Under the pieces are notes generated by a model. The model was not told where the DNA came from. It saw only the letters and a program-made list of their open reading frames with translations, and searched no databases. From an uncultured Acidobacteriota bacterium (GTDB lineage Bacteria; Acidobacteriota; Thermoanaerobaculia; UBA5066): a stretch of 64,000 bases of DNA. The stretch is from assembly GCA_963779415.1 (NCBI GenBank), contig CAVZYA010000002.1, positions 1,152,001 to 1,216,000 of the forward strand. Reading direction: 5' to 3'. Both the position numbers and the translations under genes were made by a program. Below are positions 1-8,752 of the stretch, piece by piece; positions within the stretch are counted from its first letter, which is position 1; each line of letters starts with the position of its first letter.

Positions 1-1196
1 GTACAGAGCTGATCCAAGATGGTAGTTTTGAAAACGGTCCCGCGCATTCCGGAACCTATACATTCACCTCTGTGTCTGCTCCGTGGGTGTTCGTAGGAGA
101 CCCGCCGAGATATTGGAGTGCCAGCGCCCCCGCCGCCCATACAGGGGATTGGGCTATCTATTTTGATCCCTTTGGTCCGAGTTCAAATACTCTCTATCAA
201 TCCGTCTCTATTCCAAGCGGAACAGCAGCGTTGTCTTTTTGGTTGAAGGTCGGGACATTTGAGACGACGAGCTTTAACGTCTATGATACCTTTTCGGTGA
301 GTATTCGATCCTCTTCCGGAAGTGTTTTAAGCACTGTCGCTGTATATTCAAATTTGGACGATGTTGGTTATGCCTATCGTCAGCATTCTTTTGATGTGTC
401 CGCGTATGCTGGACAAACAGTTCGTGTTCAATTTGATAGTCACGAAGATTCAAGTAATCCCACAATCTTTATGCTGGACGATGTTTCCCTAACGTATAGT
501 GGGGGTGGTGGCCCGGGACCGACGCCAACCCCGACTCCATATCCCACGCCGACACCTACTCCTCCCTCCGGTGGGGGAATTACAAAAACACTCTATTCCT
601 TCGGCGCGGCTCATGCTGCGGGGTCCGGCGGATCTTTCTGGCAGACCGATATGACGTTCGCCAACGGGACTCCTGAAAACCTTACCGTCAAACTGTTCTT
701 GGATAATGCCGCTGGCGAGGAGACCTACAGCTTCGTGCTTACTGCCGGTCAGTCGAGAACGATCACCGATATTGTCGATGCCATCGGGCTTGTCGATGGC
801 GCGTATGTGTTGCGAACAGAGGTCGCTTGTTCTAGCTGTTCTTTGGGACTCTTTAACGTAACAGCGCGTACATACGCTCAGGGGTACGGTGGCTGGTTTG
901 GGGTGGCGCTACCGAATATTGCCCCCTTCACAGGGACCAGAATACTGGCGTTTCAGGATATTTCGAATTCACGTAAGACGTTTTACGCCTTCGGTGTTCC
1001 AGCGGGGGTAACGTATTACAGTGGCACAGGGGCATATCTCGGGTCGTACCCGATGTCTGCTTTCACGGCTAACAGGCTAACCCGAATTCCTTTAGCAGAG
1101 AATGTCTCGTATGTGCGGGTGACTACCGATGAAAACACTGTGTGTTATGGAACACAGGTAGACAACATCACGCAGTCACAAATAGTAATTTACTAA
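1..1196 (+). CDS. Secreted protein, 5'-truncated by window edge: beta-sandwich domain, Pro/Thr linker, C-terminal domain
   Basis: Frame is open from position 3 (TELIQDGSFENG...). Contains PTPTPTPYPTPTPTPP linker and AAHAAGSGGSFWQTD segment. Visibly more A/T-rich than the rest of the window. Confidence 0.7.
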   Translation, partial: TELIQDGSFENGPAHSGTYTFTSVSAPWVFVGDPPRYWSASAPAAHTGDWAIYFDPFGPSSNTLYQSVSIPSGTAALSFWLKVGTFETTSFNVYDTFSVSIRSSSGSVLSTVAVYSNLDDVGYAYRQHSFDVSAYAGQTVRVQFDSHEDSSNPTIFMLDDVSLTYSGGGGPGPTPTPTPYPTPTPTPPSGGGITKTLYSFGAAHAAGSGGSFWQTDMTFANGTPENLTVKLFLDNAAGEETYSFVLTAGQSRTITDIVDAIGLVDGAYVLRTEVACSSCSLGLFNVTARTYAQGYGGWFGVALPNIAPFTGTRILAFQDISNSRKTFYAFGVPAGVTYYSGTGAYLGSYPMSAFTANRLTRIPLAENVSYVRVTTDENTVCYGTQVDNITQSQIVIY

Positions 1197-1354
1197 GGAC
1201 GGGACGTGACGAAGCTTTCGATGATGGGAAAGGCTGGCGTTTTTGAGGCGGGCTAGAGGGGAAGTTGAGGCGTCGGTTCTTCGAGAGGATCGACATCAAG
1301 GTGGAGGCTGTAATCGGTCAGCCAGTAGAGTAGGCGGCTGACGCTGATTTTGAG

Positions 1355-1460
1355 ATGCTGCGACGGGGGCGTCTCTTGCGCGGGGTCCAGGAGGTCCTGT
1401 GCCGCTCGTCGGCGCGGATGATCGAACGCTACGTCCGCTTCGCGCCGAGTCTCAGGCGGC
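1355..1460 (+). pseudogene. Tyrosine recombinase/integrase C-terminal remnant
   Basis: Allowing one deleted base, reads GVS(L)RGVQEVLCRSSARMIERYVRFAP. Resembles integrase box II (VQELLGHSS..MTERY.H) with GH degenerated to CR. Confidence 0.6.
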
Positions 1461-1659
1461 CCGAGGGGGGGCATCGACTGGCCGGCCGGGCAGTCGTCTC
1501 CGGAAGGCTGCGCGGCCTCACGAGCGTCTGTGTAAATCCGGTAGGGGAGTAGAGTATTGGGTGAGGGCCCAGCGGGAAGTGTCAGTGCGACGGCGGTGTG
1601 CAGCGCCGTTTCGATTCGCATGCTGGCATGATGGCATGAGGGGGATCGACATACGTCAC

Positions 1660-1950
1660 GTGAGCGGCGCGGAGATCAAGGTCGTCGGGAAGAGCGGACA
1701 GATTTCGCTCGGGAAGAGTTACGCAGGAAAGGCCCTGCGGGTCGAGCATCGCCGAGACGGAGCCATCGTCCTCACTGCGGTCGCGGTGGTGCCAGAGAGC
1801 CAGGTCTGGACACTACAGGAGCCTGACCGCTCGCGGATCACGCGCGGTCTCGCCTGGGCCTCCGCGACGACGCCGGAGCAGACCGACGTCGATGGCCTCC
1901 TCGCGCGAGCCACGAGGGGAGGGATCCGTTCGCGTGGCCGCCGGCGCTAA
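1660..1950 (+). CDS. Putative antitoxin, AbrB/MazE-like
   Basis: GTG start. IKVVGKSGQISLGKSYAGK resembles a swapped-hairpin DNA-binding start. Overlaps the downstream small gene. Confidence 0.6.
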   Translation: MSGAEIKVVGKSGQISLGKSYAGKALRVEHRRDGAIVLTAVAVVPESQVWTLQEPDRSRITRGLAWASATTPEQTDVDGLLARATRGGIRSRGRRR

Positions 1951-2248
1951 GCGGGTCCGGCTCGATCTCAACAGTCCCGAGTTCCAGGAAGTGTTCTTTC
2001 GCCTCGAGACGCAGGAGCTGAAACAGGTCGTCGCGTTCCTGCGTCGGCAACGCGAACTGGACTGGAGTGGGGTCTACCGGCATACGAGCTTCCGCTGGGA
2101 GGAGATCCAGCATCTGAAGGCTCCTAACGGCGCGGGCGTTTATTCGCTTCGCCTGAGCCAGAAGGTCCGCGCTCTCGCTTTTCGGGAAGGCGATTTTCTC
2201 CGTTTCATCTCTCTGCATTCCGATCACGATTCAGCTTACCGGCGCTGA
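1934..2248 (+). CDS. Putative RelE/ParE-like toxin
   Basis: 104 aa, GTG start with purine-rich RBS. C-terminal VYSLRLSQKVRALAFREGDFLRFISLHSDHDSAY fits the RelE-fold pattern. Confidence 0.6.
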   Translation: MAAGAKRVRLDLNSPEFQEVFFRLETQELKQVVAFLRRQRELDWSGVYRHTSFRWEEIQHLKAPNGAGVYSLRLSQKVRALAFREGDFLRFISLHSDHDSAYRR

Positions 2249-2347
2249 CCCGGAGCGGCTCGCCCGCGCGGAGCGCATCGCGCCCACGAATTGAGCGGGT
2301 CGCCAGGCGCGGACATCGTCCACGCCCTTCACAATCAAGTCGTGAAG

Positions 2348-2391
2348 CCCGGGCGACACCATTCAGTCGCGCGGAACGCGTGTCGCCCGGG
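2348..2391. repeat. 12-bp perfect inverted repeat (hairpin)
   Basis: CCCGGGCGACAC (2348-2359) and GTGTCGCCCGGG (2380-2391). Confidence 0.8.
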
Positions 2392-2413
2392 TCGATTCCG
2401 TTTGGCTCCACCA
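2392..2413 (+). mobile_element. tRNA-Ala/tmRNA-like 3' fragment, candidate attR site
   Basis: TCGATTCCGTTTGGCTCCACCA comprises a T-loop half, 3' acceptor strand and ACCA end. No matching 5' tRNA half upstream. Confidence 0.65.
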
Positions 2414-2428
2414 ATTTCCGCGTCCTTT

Positions 2429-4750
2429 TCATTCCTGCGGGAAGGTGCCGCCTGGCTCCCGCAGTTTCACCAGGTCGGCTTCCCGCCCCAGCACGGCCGC
2501 GGCCTTCTCGAGCGCGGCCAGGCTGACTTCGTCGGAACAGAGCCACATGAGCGAGAAGTCGTAGCCACGGCGATCGTGGAAGAGGCGAAGGGCCTCCTCG
2601 AGAAGCAAAGGGCTCTGGTCGGCCGCCGCGAGCCCCGCCAGCGCCTGGACGAGAAGCTGTCCGCATCCGAGGCCGCGGGGCCGGCCGCGGATCTGCGCGG
2701 CCATCTGCGAGAAGGCCGCTCTCGCGGCCGCCGCATCCTTCCGGTCGAGCGCGATCCGTCCCAGTGTGCCGAGGCACACCGCGCGGAACGTGTCCCGGTA
2801 CATTCCGTCGGAACGCTCGGCGGCCTCGAGGCCCGAGAGCGCCGACGCACGCGCGGCCTCGAGATTCCCCAGGCGCCTAAGGCATTCTCCGAGATAGCCG
2901 CCGACGCCGGCCGTAGGGCCCGTCGACCCGCCGGCTTCGAGGGCGACGGCCTTCTCCAGGCACCAGCGCCCTTCGGACGAGTGTCCCAGCTCCATGTGGA
3001 TCCAGCCGAGCCCCAGCCAGGCCCAACTGTGGGCGGCATCGAGGGACACGGCGCGCTGGAGGAACGGAAGGCCTTCCTCGAACCTTCCCGAAAGGCCGAG
3101 CGAGACACCTGCGAAGTAGGCCGCATACACGGACGCCGGGTCGAGCTCCATGGCGCGACATTCCTCCGCGAGACCCTCCTCGAGTCGGTCCTGCCGGAAC
3201 AGCGCGTATCCGAGCCAGATTCTCGGCTCGGCCAGATCGGGATCGGCCGCGATGGCGCGCCGTGCGTAACCGGCCGAGATCTCGAGCTCTCCGGGATCGG
3301 TCTGGTAGGGGAACCGCATCGCGTGCACGGCCGCGAGGCTCGCGAGCGCCGGGACGTAGCCGGGGTCGGCGCCAAGCGCCTCCTCGAAGAGCCCCTGAGC
3401 CTGATCCAGGGTTCCTTTCTCGAGTCGATGAAAGAGCCGGCTCCCGCGGGCATGATTCTCGTAGGCGTCGATATGGCGTGCGGAAACTCGAGGGGCGCGC
3501 GCGGCGCTGCCCGGCCGCAGCATCCCGGCGGTCGAGGCGGCGAGCCGGTCCTGCATGAGGAAGATGTCGTCGAGGGTCCCGTCGAGCTTCTCGTTCGCCA
3601 CCGTCTCTCCGGTGGAGACGGCGATCAGCCGGGAGACGATCCGGAGCTTCCGCGCCATCCGCTGATAGCCGCCGGACAGGATCCAGCGGCAGCCGAGCAG
3701 GCGCCCAATCTCCAGAGCGTCGGGCGTCCTGCCCGCCCCGCCGGCGCGGCCGCGCTCCCGAAGCACGGACTCGCGCGGCACGACGGAGAGGCCGGAAAGC
3801 AGGAACAGGTCCGCTCCGAGGCTCTCCGCGATGCCGCTCCCGATCCAGTCGTCGTCGGGATCCCGGGAGAGGTTCTGGAAATCGATCACCGCCAGGGTGT
3901 CGGGCAGCTCGGCGACGAACTCGCCGGCCGAAACGGCGCGGAGATCGGCCAGGAAAGCGGCTGCGGAGGGATACCGCTTCGCGAGGTCCCGGGCGAGGGC
4001 CCGGCCGAGCACGGAGCGGATCTCCGGGGGAACGGCTTCACCGGAAGCGGGGAAAGGTTCGTCTGCGAGAATCGCCGCGATGCGCTGCGCGGCGGTTTCG
4101 CCGGGGAACGCCGGAGCGCCGGTGAGAGCTTCGTACACGACCGCACCCAGCGAAAAGACGTCCGTGCGCCGGTCGAGGGGCTGCCCCTTGAGCTGCTCGG
4201 GAGACATGTAGCCGACGGTGCCGAGGACTCCGCCGTCCCCGGACAGGGCGGTGGCCGTCGGCATCTCGAGCTCCTCCTCCCGGGAGACGAGGAGGCGGGC
4301 GATGCCGAAGTCGAGAAGCTTGGCCGACGCTGCGCCGGTCACCATGATGTTCTCCGGCTTGATGTCCCGGTGCAGGACGCCCGCCGCGTGAGCGTGCTCG
4401 AGCGCTTCGAGCAGGCAGCCCGCGAGGGGGAGGGCCTCAGAGACAGGGAGCGGCCCGCGGCGCAGGCGCTCCCGAAGCGTCTCTCCTTCGACGTATTCCA
4501 TGGCGAGGAAGGACACGCCGGACGCGTCGCCGGCCTCGTAGAAGGTGGCGATGGCCGGATGCTGGAGGCGTGCGGAGGCCTCAGCCTCGCGGAGGACGCG
4601 GGAGCGCAGGGATGCCGAGAGGGACGGCGGGGGGATCTTGACGGCAGCCGGTCGGCCCAGGGCGAGATCCCTGGCGAAGAACACTTCTCCCATGCCGCCG
4701 GCGCCGATGCGCCGCTCGAGCAGGTAGTGAGAGAGCGTCCGACCGATCAC
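2429..4750 (-). CDS. Ser/Thr protein kinase with TolB-like and TPR domains
   Basis: GAGGMGEV, HRDIKPEN, DFG and YMSPEQ motifs, LAVIDFQNLS segment, TPR repeats. GTG start with GAGGAG RBS. Confidence 0.92.
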   Translation of the reverse strand: MIGRTLSHYLLERRIGAGGMGEVFFARDLALGRPAAVKIPPPSLSASLRSRVLREAEASARLQHPAIATFYEAGDASGVSFLAMEYVEGETLRERLRRGPLPVSEALPLAGCLLEALEHAHAAGVLHRDIKPENIMVTGAASAKLLDFGIARLLVSREEELEMPTATALSGDGGVLGTVGYMSPEQLKGQPLDRRTDVFSLGAVVYEALTGAPAFPGETAAQRIAAILADEPFPASGEAVPPEIRSVLGRALARDLAKRYPSAAAFLADLRAVSAGEFVAELPDTLAVIDFQNLSRDPDDDWIGSGIAESLGADLFLLSGLSVVPRESVLRERGRAGGAGRTPDALEIGRLLGCRWILSGGYQRMARKLRIVSRLIAVSTGETVANEKLDGTLDDIFLMQDRLAASTAGMLRPGSAARAPRVSARHIDAYENHARGSRLFHRLEKGTLDQAQGLFEEALGADPGYVPALASLAAVHAMRFPYQTDPGELEISAGYARRAIAADPDLAEPRIWLGYALFRQDRLEEGLAEECRAMELDPASVYAAYFAGVSLGLSGRFEEGLPFLQRAVSLDAAHSWAWLGLGWIHMELGHSSEGRWCLEKAVALEAGGSTGPTAGVGGYLGECLRRLGNLEAARASALSGLEAAERSDGMYRDTFRAVCLGTLGRIALDRKDAAAARAAFSQMAAQIRGRPRGLGCGQLLVQALAGLAAADQSPLLLEEALRLFHDRRGYDFSLMWLCSDEVSLAALEKAAAVLGREADLVKLREPGGTFPQE

Positions 4751-4960
4751 ACCCGGTCTCCTCGCCCGGCGGGACGTAACGGGATCGCGGGACACGCCCG
4801 CGAACGCCGGATCGACACCTGAACGCCGGATGCGTCGAGAAGCTCCCCCCCCACGTTGAAATCGTAGCGATCGGTGCCTCCACGAGGCAACCTTTTTTGT
4901 CGGCCTCCGGCCTGCCGTTCTCGAGCCTCCATCGGATCGATCGCCAAGTCTATAATTGAA

Positions 4961-5107
4961 AAATGAGACCTGACCCTACGCTTCGGCAGACGTCACCACG
5001 CTCAAGAGCATGAGCGCGGGCGTCAGCTCGTCCAGCTCGTCGAGGTGTACATACCCTCTATGCAAACATGGAATAGGTGCCTGGAATAGGTGCCTGACCC
5101 CGATTTT
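4961..5107 (+). repeat. REP-like CCTGACCC motifs and a 13-bp tandem duplication
   Basis: AAATGAGACCTGACCC (4961-4976), TGGAATAGGTGCC x2 (5069-5094), GGTGCCTGACCCCGATTTT (5089-5107). Confidence 0.6.
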
Positions 5108-5131
5108 ATGCGGAGTCCGCCGATGCATCCC

Positions 5132-5560
5132 TTACTTGTGGGGGCTCGACCCGCCGACCACCCGGTGCCCGTGGGCCTCGGGCGACATGAGGACGAGGTA
5201 TCCCTCCTCCTGCGAGGGCCAGATCTCCGACAGCTTCATCTGATCTCCCACCCTGTCGAAGACGAACTCGGGTCCCCTGTCCGTGTCGTGGCGCTCGAGG
5301 CGCGTCAGGATGAGCATGACGACCGTCGGACCCGTCGAGTCGGTCGACCGGAGCGTGATCCGGGTGCCGTCAGCCTCGAAGTCGTACGTCCCGGCCGGAC
5401 ACGGCGTGGAGCCGGCGACGAAGGGGAAGTCGATCGTGGCCTTCCCCCTGGTTTCAGGGACAGCCGAATCCGCGAGGCTGGTCAGTGCCAGGCCGAATGC
5501 GGCGGCTGCGACGGCGGCACGAGAGAGGACCTTCAGGCGGCTCTTCGAGAGGATGTTCAT
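5132..5560 (-). CDS. Secreted hypothetical protein
   Basis: Signal peptide, IDFPFVAGSTPCPAGTY motif, AGGAGG RBS. Confidence 0.75.
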   Translation of the reverse strand: MNILSKSRLKVLSRAAVAAAAFGLALTSLADSAVPETRGKATIDFPFVAGSTPCPAGTYDFEADGTRITLRSTDSTGPTVVMLILTRLERHDTDRGPEFVFDRVGDQMKLSEIWPSQEEGYLVLMSPEAHGHRVVGGSSPHK

Positions 5561-5744
5561 GGAGACCTCCTTTTCCTGGAGGCAATCTGGCCTTCATCCC
5601 CCCGAACGTCTTGAGGGTGCTCGGATTTTTCTTGCAGGTGGCTCTGAGGAAATCGTGACGGATTCCCCGCCTAACCGGTAAGTTCTCCGTCATCTACGAG
5701 TTCTGCGACGTCCGCAGGATCCCGGGGACTTTCTTGGGAGACGC

Positions 5745-5763
5745 GGTGCCTGACCCGGATTTT
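5745..5763 (+). repeat. Second copy of the 19-bp motif
   Basis: GGTGCCTGACCCGGATTTT, 18/19 identical to 5089-5107. Confidence 0.65.
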
Positions 5764-5791
5764 GGATTCTCTTTGACCGCGGCTCGACGGC

Positions 5792-7876
5792 TCACCAGAC
5801 CCGGACGCGGTCCGCGGGGGCGAGGTAGAGCTTCTGGCCGGGCTTGACGGCGAAGGCGTCGTACCAGACGTCGAGGTTGCGGACGGTGTCGGCGCGGTAC
5901 TCGGCGGGAGCGTGGCTGTCGACGACGAGCGCCTGCCGCAATGCCGGCTCGCGGAACTTCTTCCGCCAGCTCTGCGCGAAGCTGACGAAGAACTGCTGGT
6001 CGCCCGTGAGCCCTCCGGCCTTCGGGGCCTCCCTGCCGCCGAGGGAGAGGCGGTACGCGTCGTACGCCACGGCGAGGCCGGCGACGTCGGCGAGGTTCTC
6101 GGAGAGCGTCAGCTTTCCGTTCACCTCCGCGTCGGGGAAGGGCCGGTAGGCGTCGTACTGGCGGACGAGCGCGGCCGCGGAGGCGGCGAAGTGGGCGGCG
6201 TCCTCCTTCGTCCACCAGTTCCTGAGCCGCCCTTCCGCGTCGAAGAGGGCCCCCTGGTCGTCGAAGCTGTGGCTGATCTCGTGGCCGATCGTGGCGCCGG
6301 CGGCGCCGTAGTCCATCACCGCCGGCCGCTTCGGATCGAAATACGGCGGCTGCAGGATGGCCGCCGGGAAGTTGAGCGCGTTCATGACCGGGAGGTTGAC
6401 GGCGTTGACGAGCTGCGGGTTCATCACCCACTCGCCCCGGTCGACCGGAGATCCCAGCTTCGCGAGGTTCCGCCGGTACTCGAAGAGCGAGGCCCGCTCG
6501 GCGTTTCCGAGCGCGTCGCCCCGGACGATCTCCAGCCCGGAATAGTCGCGCCACCGGTCCGGGTAGCCGACGCCCACCTTCAGGGCGGCGAGCTTGGCCT
6601 TTGCCCGCGCCTTGGTCTCCGGCGCCATCCATTCCAGCCGGTCGATCCGCTTTTCGAACGCGGCGATCTCGTTCTTCACCATCTCCGCCGCGCGGGCCTT
6701 TTCCGAGGGGGGGAACCAGCGCTCCACGTAGAGCCGGCCGACCGCCTCCCCGAGCGCGGCGCTGGTCGCGTCGACGCCGCGCTTCCAGCGGTCGCGGAGC
6801 CGCGGCGTTCCGGTGAGCGCCTTGCCGTAGAAAGCGAACCGCTCCTCGACGAAGGCCTTCGGCAGGAAGTTTCCCGCGCGCTCGAGAGCGCGGAAGGCGA
6901 GGTATTCCTTCCAGGTTTCGAGCGGCTCGGCGGCGACGAGTCGCGAGATTCCGGTCACGGCGCCGGGCTGCCAGACGACGAACGTCTTCTCTCCGCCGAG
7001 GCCCGCGGCCTCGAAGTACGCCGTCCAGTCGAGCCCGGGAGCGCGGAGAGGGAACTCCGTTCGGGCCCAGTGGTTGTTCGCCTTCAGGACGTCCTCGGAC
7101 TCCTCGCGGGGGAGGTGCGCCTCGGAGATGCGGTGCTCGAGGTCGAAGATCCGCGCGGCCTTCGGTCCGGCGTCGGCGATTCCGGCGAGCTTCAGGACCG
7201 CTTCGATGTGCGCCCTGTACCGCTCCCGGATCCGGACCATGGGCGGCGACGGATCGAGGTAGTAGTCGCGGTCGGGCATCCCGAGGCCGCCCTGAAGGAG
7301 GAAGGGCGAATAGCGCGACGGGTCGTCGAGGTCCTGTGCGACCCAGAGGCCGAACAGGTTGGGAGTGTAGAAATTCGTGGCGTTCAGGGCGTCAACGTCG
7401 GCGCGCAGGGTCGCGCCGAGAGCGCGCGCGAGGCCGGGCGCGTCGGCTACCGCGGCGATCCGGTCGAGCGCGGGGCGGAGGGGATTGAGTCCCTTCGCTT
7501 CGATCGTCTCCTCGTCCATGAAGGTCGCGTAATAGTCGCCGACCTTCCGCGCGTTCGACCCCGGAGGTCCCGGCGCCTTCGCCGCTTCGGCGATCAGGTC
7601 GGCCGTCCGCTTCGCCGTCAGCTCCGTCAGGATCTCCCCGGCGCCCCACGAGCTCTGGTCGGCGGGGATCTCGGCGGTCCGGAGCCAGCTCCCGTTCGCG
7701 TAGCGGAAGAAATCGTCTCCGGGCGCGACGGAACGGTCGAGGCCGGCGAGGTCGATTCCTCCTGCGGCCGGGGCCGCGGCAGGAGCCTCTCCCGCGACGC
7801 GGGAACTCTTCGTGAAGGCGAGAAGGGCGAAAAGGACGAGCGCGGAGGCCGTGGTCGGGCGCAGGCGAGTGATCAT
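5792..7876 (-). CDS. M13 family zinc metallopeptidase (neprilysin/PepO-like)
   Basis: VAPGDDFFRYANG, VNAVN, GHEISHSFDDQG and ENLAD motifs; signal peptide. Confidence 0.95.
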   Translation of the reverse strand: MITRLRPTTASALVLFALLAFTKSSRVAGEAPAAAPAAGGIDLAGLDRSVAPGDDFFRYANGSWLRTAEIPADQSSWGAGEILTELTAKRTADLIAEAAKAPGPPGSNARKVGDYYATFMDEETIEAKGLNPLRPALDRIAAVADAPGLARALGATLRADVDALNATNFYTPNLFGLWVAQDLDDPSRYSPFLLQGGLGMPDRDYYLDPSPPMVRIRERYRAHIEAVLKLAGIADAGPKAARIFDLEHRISEAHLPREESEDVLKANNHWARTEFPLRAPGLDWTAYFEAAGLGGEKTFVVWQPGAVTGISRLVAAEPLETWKEYLAFRALERAGNFLPKAFVEERFAFYGKALTGTPRLRDRWKRGVDATSAALGEAVGRLYVERWFPPSEKARAAEMVKNEIAAFEKRIDRLEWMAPETKARAKAKLAALKVGVGYPDRWRDYSGLEIVRGDALGNAERASLFEYRRNLAKLGSPVDRGEWVMNPQLVNAVNLPVMNALNFPAAILQPPYFDPKRPAVMDYGAAGATIGHEISHSFDDQGALFDAEGRLRNWWTKEDAAHFAASAAALVRQYDAYRPFPDAEVNGKLTLSENLADVAGLAVAYDAYRLSLGGREAPKAGGLTGDQQFFVSFAQSWRKKFREPALRQALVVDSHAPAEYRADTVRNLDVWYDAFAVKPGQKLYLAPADRVRVW

Positions 7877-7976
7877 GTCCGGGACGATAGGAAGTTCCCC
7901 TCGAACCCGCAAGGGATCAGGAGGCCGTGGACCGAACCCGGCCCTCGGCCTCCTCGCACCTTGCCCGATGGCGACC

Positions 7977-8597
7977 CTACTTGCCGGGGGTCAGGAGAAC
8001 GTTCGTGACGAGCTGAGGCCGTCCCCCCGAGTAGCTCGACAGATCCAGCTCGCCGTCCTTGAACGACGCCTGAATCATCCCGTAGATCTTCCCTTCACCC
8101 TTTCCGTCCGGGCCGACCGTGACCTCGATGATGCCGATCGGATAGTCCGTCTGAGCCGCCCCCGCCTCGACGCCAGCGAAGGAGAGAGGCCGGGCGGAGA
8201 CGAAGGCGATCCGCCGTCCACCGTTCGGCAGCACCTTCGAGCGAATGACCGGGATCGGGTAGCCGCGGCTGGGCCCGATGCGCACGTATCCCTTCTGTTC
8301 AGAGGCGTAGAGCGTGTCGACCAGCTCTCTCTGCCCCTTCTCTTTCAGGATGTTCTGGAATTTCGCGACCTCGGCGTCTGTTGTGAAGCCCTTCACCTCT
8401 CCCTGGAACATGATCGTCTGTGGCCCTGCCGATCCCATGGCGGAGATCACCCCCGAGACGCTGAGGGGCACCACCATCTGAGCCGCGGGGACTGCCGGCG
8501 CCGCGGTCGAAGCGGACGGCGTGCCGGAGCAGCCGAGAATCAGAACCGCGGGAAAAACCGCCAGAATGAGCGCACGTTTGTTTATGAGGACCTCCAA
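7977..8597 (-). CDS. Hypothetical lipoprotein
   Basis: Hydrophobic leader ending in ILGC lipobox; normal codon usage. Confidence 0.7.
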   Translation of the reverse strand: MEVLINKRALILAVFPAVLILGCSGTPSASTAAPAVPAAQMVVPLSVSGVISAMGSAGPQTIMFQGEVKGFTTDAEVAKFQNILKEKGQRELVDTLYASEQKGYVRIGPSRGYPIPVIRSKVLPNGGRRIAFVSARPLSFAGVEAGAAQTDYPIGIIEVTVGPDGKGEGKIYGMIQASFKDGELDLSSYSGGRPQLVTNVLLTPGK

Positions 8598-8752
8598 GCT
8601 CCCTCCAGATTACCTCTCCTTTCCCCTTCGCGGCGGCCATCGACGAGAATACGGCCGTTAATCGTCCCAGGTCCCGCCTTGGCGTGATGCGGGGCGCCGT
8701 CAAGACGGGTATCGATCCATCAACCGCTCACGACCAGAGGAGGATCTGACGA

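Noticed and set aside
2340-2413. Intact tRNA gene
   Set aside because: Only the 3' 22 nt are tRNA-like. The upstream sequence forms an unrelated hairpin with no D arm or 5' acceptor strand.
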